Assembly: GCA_013154135.1 (NCBI GenBank)
Contig: JAADDB010000282.1
Location: forward strand, 1 to 34,319
Reading direction: 5' to 3'
Length of the DNA: 34,319 nt
From: Chloroflexota bacterium
GTDB lineage: Bacteria > Chloroflexota > Anaerolineae > JAADDB01
Shown here: one piece after another, positions 32,590-34,319 of the stretch
Position numbering within the stretch: the first letter of the stretch is position 1
Layout of the letters: the number at the start of each line of letters is the position of its first letter
Notes under the pieces: model-generated
What the model saw: only the letters and a program-made list of their open reading frames with translations
What the model was told of the DNA's origin: nothing
Databases searched by the model: none
Made by a program: the position numbers and the translations under genes

Positions 32590-33225
32590 ATGACACATGT
32601 GGATTACCGACAACAGCTGATTGACTCACTGGTCCGACGATTGCATGACCTGTCGGAGGAGAGTTTGGCCCAGCTGAGCCAGTTCATCGCTTACCTGAAG
32701 TGGCAGGAGGAGCAATGGCGTTCCATTGTGGGCGATGAGGAACACCCGGAACGACACATCGTCTGGCAATATGATTTCATCGAACACTTTGACCAAGCAT
32801 CCAAGGCGAGCACCGGCTCGCCCGAGGGGATGGAGATTAAAGTGGGACCGGCCCAGTGCGGCATGGTCCTGAAACCGGCCATCTGGCAACATCCCCCCCT
32901 CAAGGGAGAAGCTGTGGTGGAATATCAACCCACCATCCCACTGAACGTGGAGATCTTGCAACTCCGCTTCGCCATCGGCATCCGAGATGGCGCGATTCTC
33001 AGCGAGGATAACCCGGTGGGATTCCGCATCCGGCTCAACGGCCGGCGCATTTGGAGCCGTCTCAAGCACACTAACGAGTGGGAATACTTCATCGTCGACC
33101 TGCCCAACCTGGCCGGCATGACCCCCACCATCCAGTTCATCACCGACGCGCTGGGCCAGCATCACTGGAAGTGGGCTGTGTGGGGCGAACCCCAGCTGTT
33201 GGGGTTTGTGGAAAAGTCGGAGTAG
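32590..33225 (+). CDS. hypothetical protein (N-terminal helical segment plus C-terminal beta-rich domain)
   Basis: SD GAGGGGG lies 5 nt upstream. Coherent non-repetitive sequence. 12 nt upstream of the LysM gene. No recognised domain. Confidence 0.75.
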   Translation: MTHVDYRQQLIDSLVRRLHDLSEESLAQLSQFIAYLKWQEEQWRSIVGDEEHPERHIVWQYDFIEHFDQASKASTGSPEGMEIKVGPAQCGMVLKPAIWQHPPLKGEAVVEYQPTIPLNVEILQLRFAIGIRDGAILSEDNPVGFRIRLNGRRIWSRLKHTNEWEYFIVDLPNLAGMTPTIQFITDALGQHHWKWAVWGEPQLLGFVEKSE

Positions 33226-33237
33226 GATGAGGCGCTC

Positions 33238-34224
33238 ATGAGACGGGGATACGTGGTCGCCTGGGGAATCCTCATCCTCTTCCTGATGATGACCGGATGT
33301 GGCCGCGTCATCACCCGGCCCACACCCCTGCCCCCCACCCCAACGCCCACGGTCACGCCGACGCCGACTCCCACACGTCGGCCCGCGACACCCACCCCCC
33401 GTCCTTACACGCCTCCTCCCACGCCGACGCCCACAGCTACGCCCACGCCCCTCATCTACACCATCCAGAAGGGGGATAACCTCATCAGCATTGCCCGACG
33501 CTTTGGCGTCAGTGTCCAGGCCTTGCAGGACGCCAACGGGATTGTGGACCCACGGCGATTGCAGATCGGGCAGCCCCTGGTCATCCCCGTCGGCGGGGAG
33601 GTGAAAGGGACGCCCACGCCCACGCCCACCCCTATCCCACTGCACATCCAGGGACTCTACGTCCGCCCAACGCGGTTGGGGGATGTGTGGATCTTGGGAG
33701 AGGTGGTGAACACCAGCGGGATGGATGTGGAACAGGTGCAGGTGGAGGGCTCCCTCCTGGATGAGCACGAGCGCGTGTTGGCCGTGGCCCACGCGCGGGC
33801 TATTTTGGACTTTCTTCCCGCGGGGGAACGAGCTCCCTTCGCGCTGCGCTTTCGGGATGCCCCCTCGTCCTTCACCTCCTATCAGGTGACGGTCCACCAA
33901 GCCTTGCCCGGCTTTGTGGGCGGGTATTATCTGGACCTGAGGGCCGAGGAGGTGCAAGGGGAGGGGGAAGGGTATCACACGTATTTTCTCGATGGGCTCG
34001 TGCGCAATGTGGGAGATGCGGATGTGGTGGGGGTTGTGGTGGTGGCTACGCTGTACGATGCGCAACAGCGGGTCGTGGGCATTCGCAAGGGAGCGCCTGT
34101 ACACAATGTCATCCCGCCGGGGGGAACGACCCCGTTCCACCTGGAGATCCAACTCCTGGGCGGACCTGTGAAAACTTGGCGCATCGTGGTCCAAGGCCAC
34201 AGGCCGGTGGAAAGTAACGATTAG
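33238..34224 (+). CDS. LysM-domain lipoprotein with PT-rich linkers and two FxLYD-like beta domains
   Basis: Lipobox LMMTGC. LysM domain YTIQKGDNLISIARRFGVSVQALQDANGI...GQPLVIP. PTPTP linkers. VVVATLYDAQQRVVG resembles the FxLYD motif. The last codons and the stop lie inside a heptamer block. Confidence 0.85.
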   Translation: MRRGYVVAWGILILFLMMTGCGRVITRPTPLPPTPTPTVTPTPTPTRRPATPTPRPYTPPPTPTPTATPTPLIYTIQKGDNLISIARRFGVSVQALQDANGIVDPRRLQIGQPLVIPVGGEVKGTPTPTPTPIPLHIQGLYVRPTRLGDVWILGEVVNTSGMDVEQVQVEGSLLDEHERVLAVAHARAILDFLPAGERAPFALRFRDAPSSFTSYQVTVHQALPGFVGGYYLDLRAEEVQGEGEGYHTYFLDGLVRNVGDADVVGVVVVATLYDAQQRVVGIRKGAPVHNVIPPGGTTPFHLEIQLLGGPVKTWRIVVQGHRPVESND

Positions 34225-34240
34225 AGTAACGATTAACCCA
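34213..34240 (-). repeat. heptamer-family block (GTAACGA orientation) overlapping the LysM gene stop
   Basis: aaGTAACGATTAGAGTAACGATTAAccc. The TAG stop (34222-34224) is part of the repeat. Confidence 0.7.
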
Positions 34241-34257
34241 GATTTTGCGCAATCAGC

Positions 34258-34286
34258 GGGCGAAGCACGAAAAACGCCCTTGTTTT
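34258..34286 (+). terminator. weak candidate intrinsic terminator after the LysM gene
   Basis: gggcg-11 nt loop-cgccc followed by TTGTTTT. The stem is only 5 bp. Confidence 0.3.
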
Positions 34287-34319
34287 GGCACCTTACCAAC
34301 TGAACCCGAAATGCTTTAT

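Noticed and set aside
32626-34299. 557-aa minus-strand ORF across the unknown and LysM genes.
   Set aside because: Same antisense artefact. The plus-strand frames carry a lipobox, a LysM domain and SD sites.

Overview
GC-rich bacterial chromosomal window with about 30 supportable CDS, mostly on the minus strand. All calls come from reading the ORF translations and DNA by eye; no searches were run. I found no rRNA, tRNA, CRISPR array, transposase, integrase or phage genes. Pro/Thr-rich linkers, many exported proteins and a two-subunit 2-oxoacid:ferredoxin oxidoreductase suggest a Chloroflexota-like thermophile, but that is only an inference.

Gene content, left to right:
- M23 peptidase, then trmD.
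- A minus-strand operon: small WRG-motif protein, S16 (Lon-like) lipoprotein protease, FG-GAP/PPC protein, CBM+PD40 beta-propeller protein, beta-helix protein.
- A biotin-dependent carboxyltransferase / OadG-like / biotin-carrier operon with no membrane beta subunit.
- 2-oxoacid:ferredoxin oxidoreductase alpha and beta subunits.
- A GT39/PMT-type glycosyltransferase.
- A minus-strand run: S8 subtilase, HEAT-repeat protein, small acidic protein, AEC transporter, TPR protein, FecR-like/CBM membrane protein.
- A dedicated ECF transporter (fused A-A' ATPase, T, S) with an M20 deacylase and an S58/DmpA peptidase inserted between T and S.
- Divergently from the ECF operon: arginase, an unknown protein and a LysM lipoprotein.

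The most unusual signal is non-coding. A dispersed intergenic repeat family is built from 7-nt-periodic units (KTAACGA, reverse TCGTTAC/TAATCGT).
- It occurs in at least 7 intergenic gaps.
- Three copies are full ~150-nt elements: two in tandem at 2206-2636 and one inverted at 13884-14029.
- There is a compound locus at 24026-24238.
- A 12-unit, T-free variant array (CGAACGA) sits in the leader of the glycosyltransferase gene.
- The full elements are adjacent to non-homologous GC-rich hairpin segments, including a ~200-nt run of at least 7 hairpins inside a ~1-kb gene-free gap (13523-14521).

Secondary candidates for undescribed biology are the exported protease/adhesin-like operon, which is translationally coupled to a small cytoplasmic-looking protein, and the ECF-peptidase operon.
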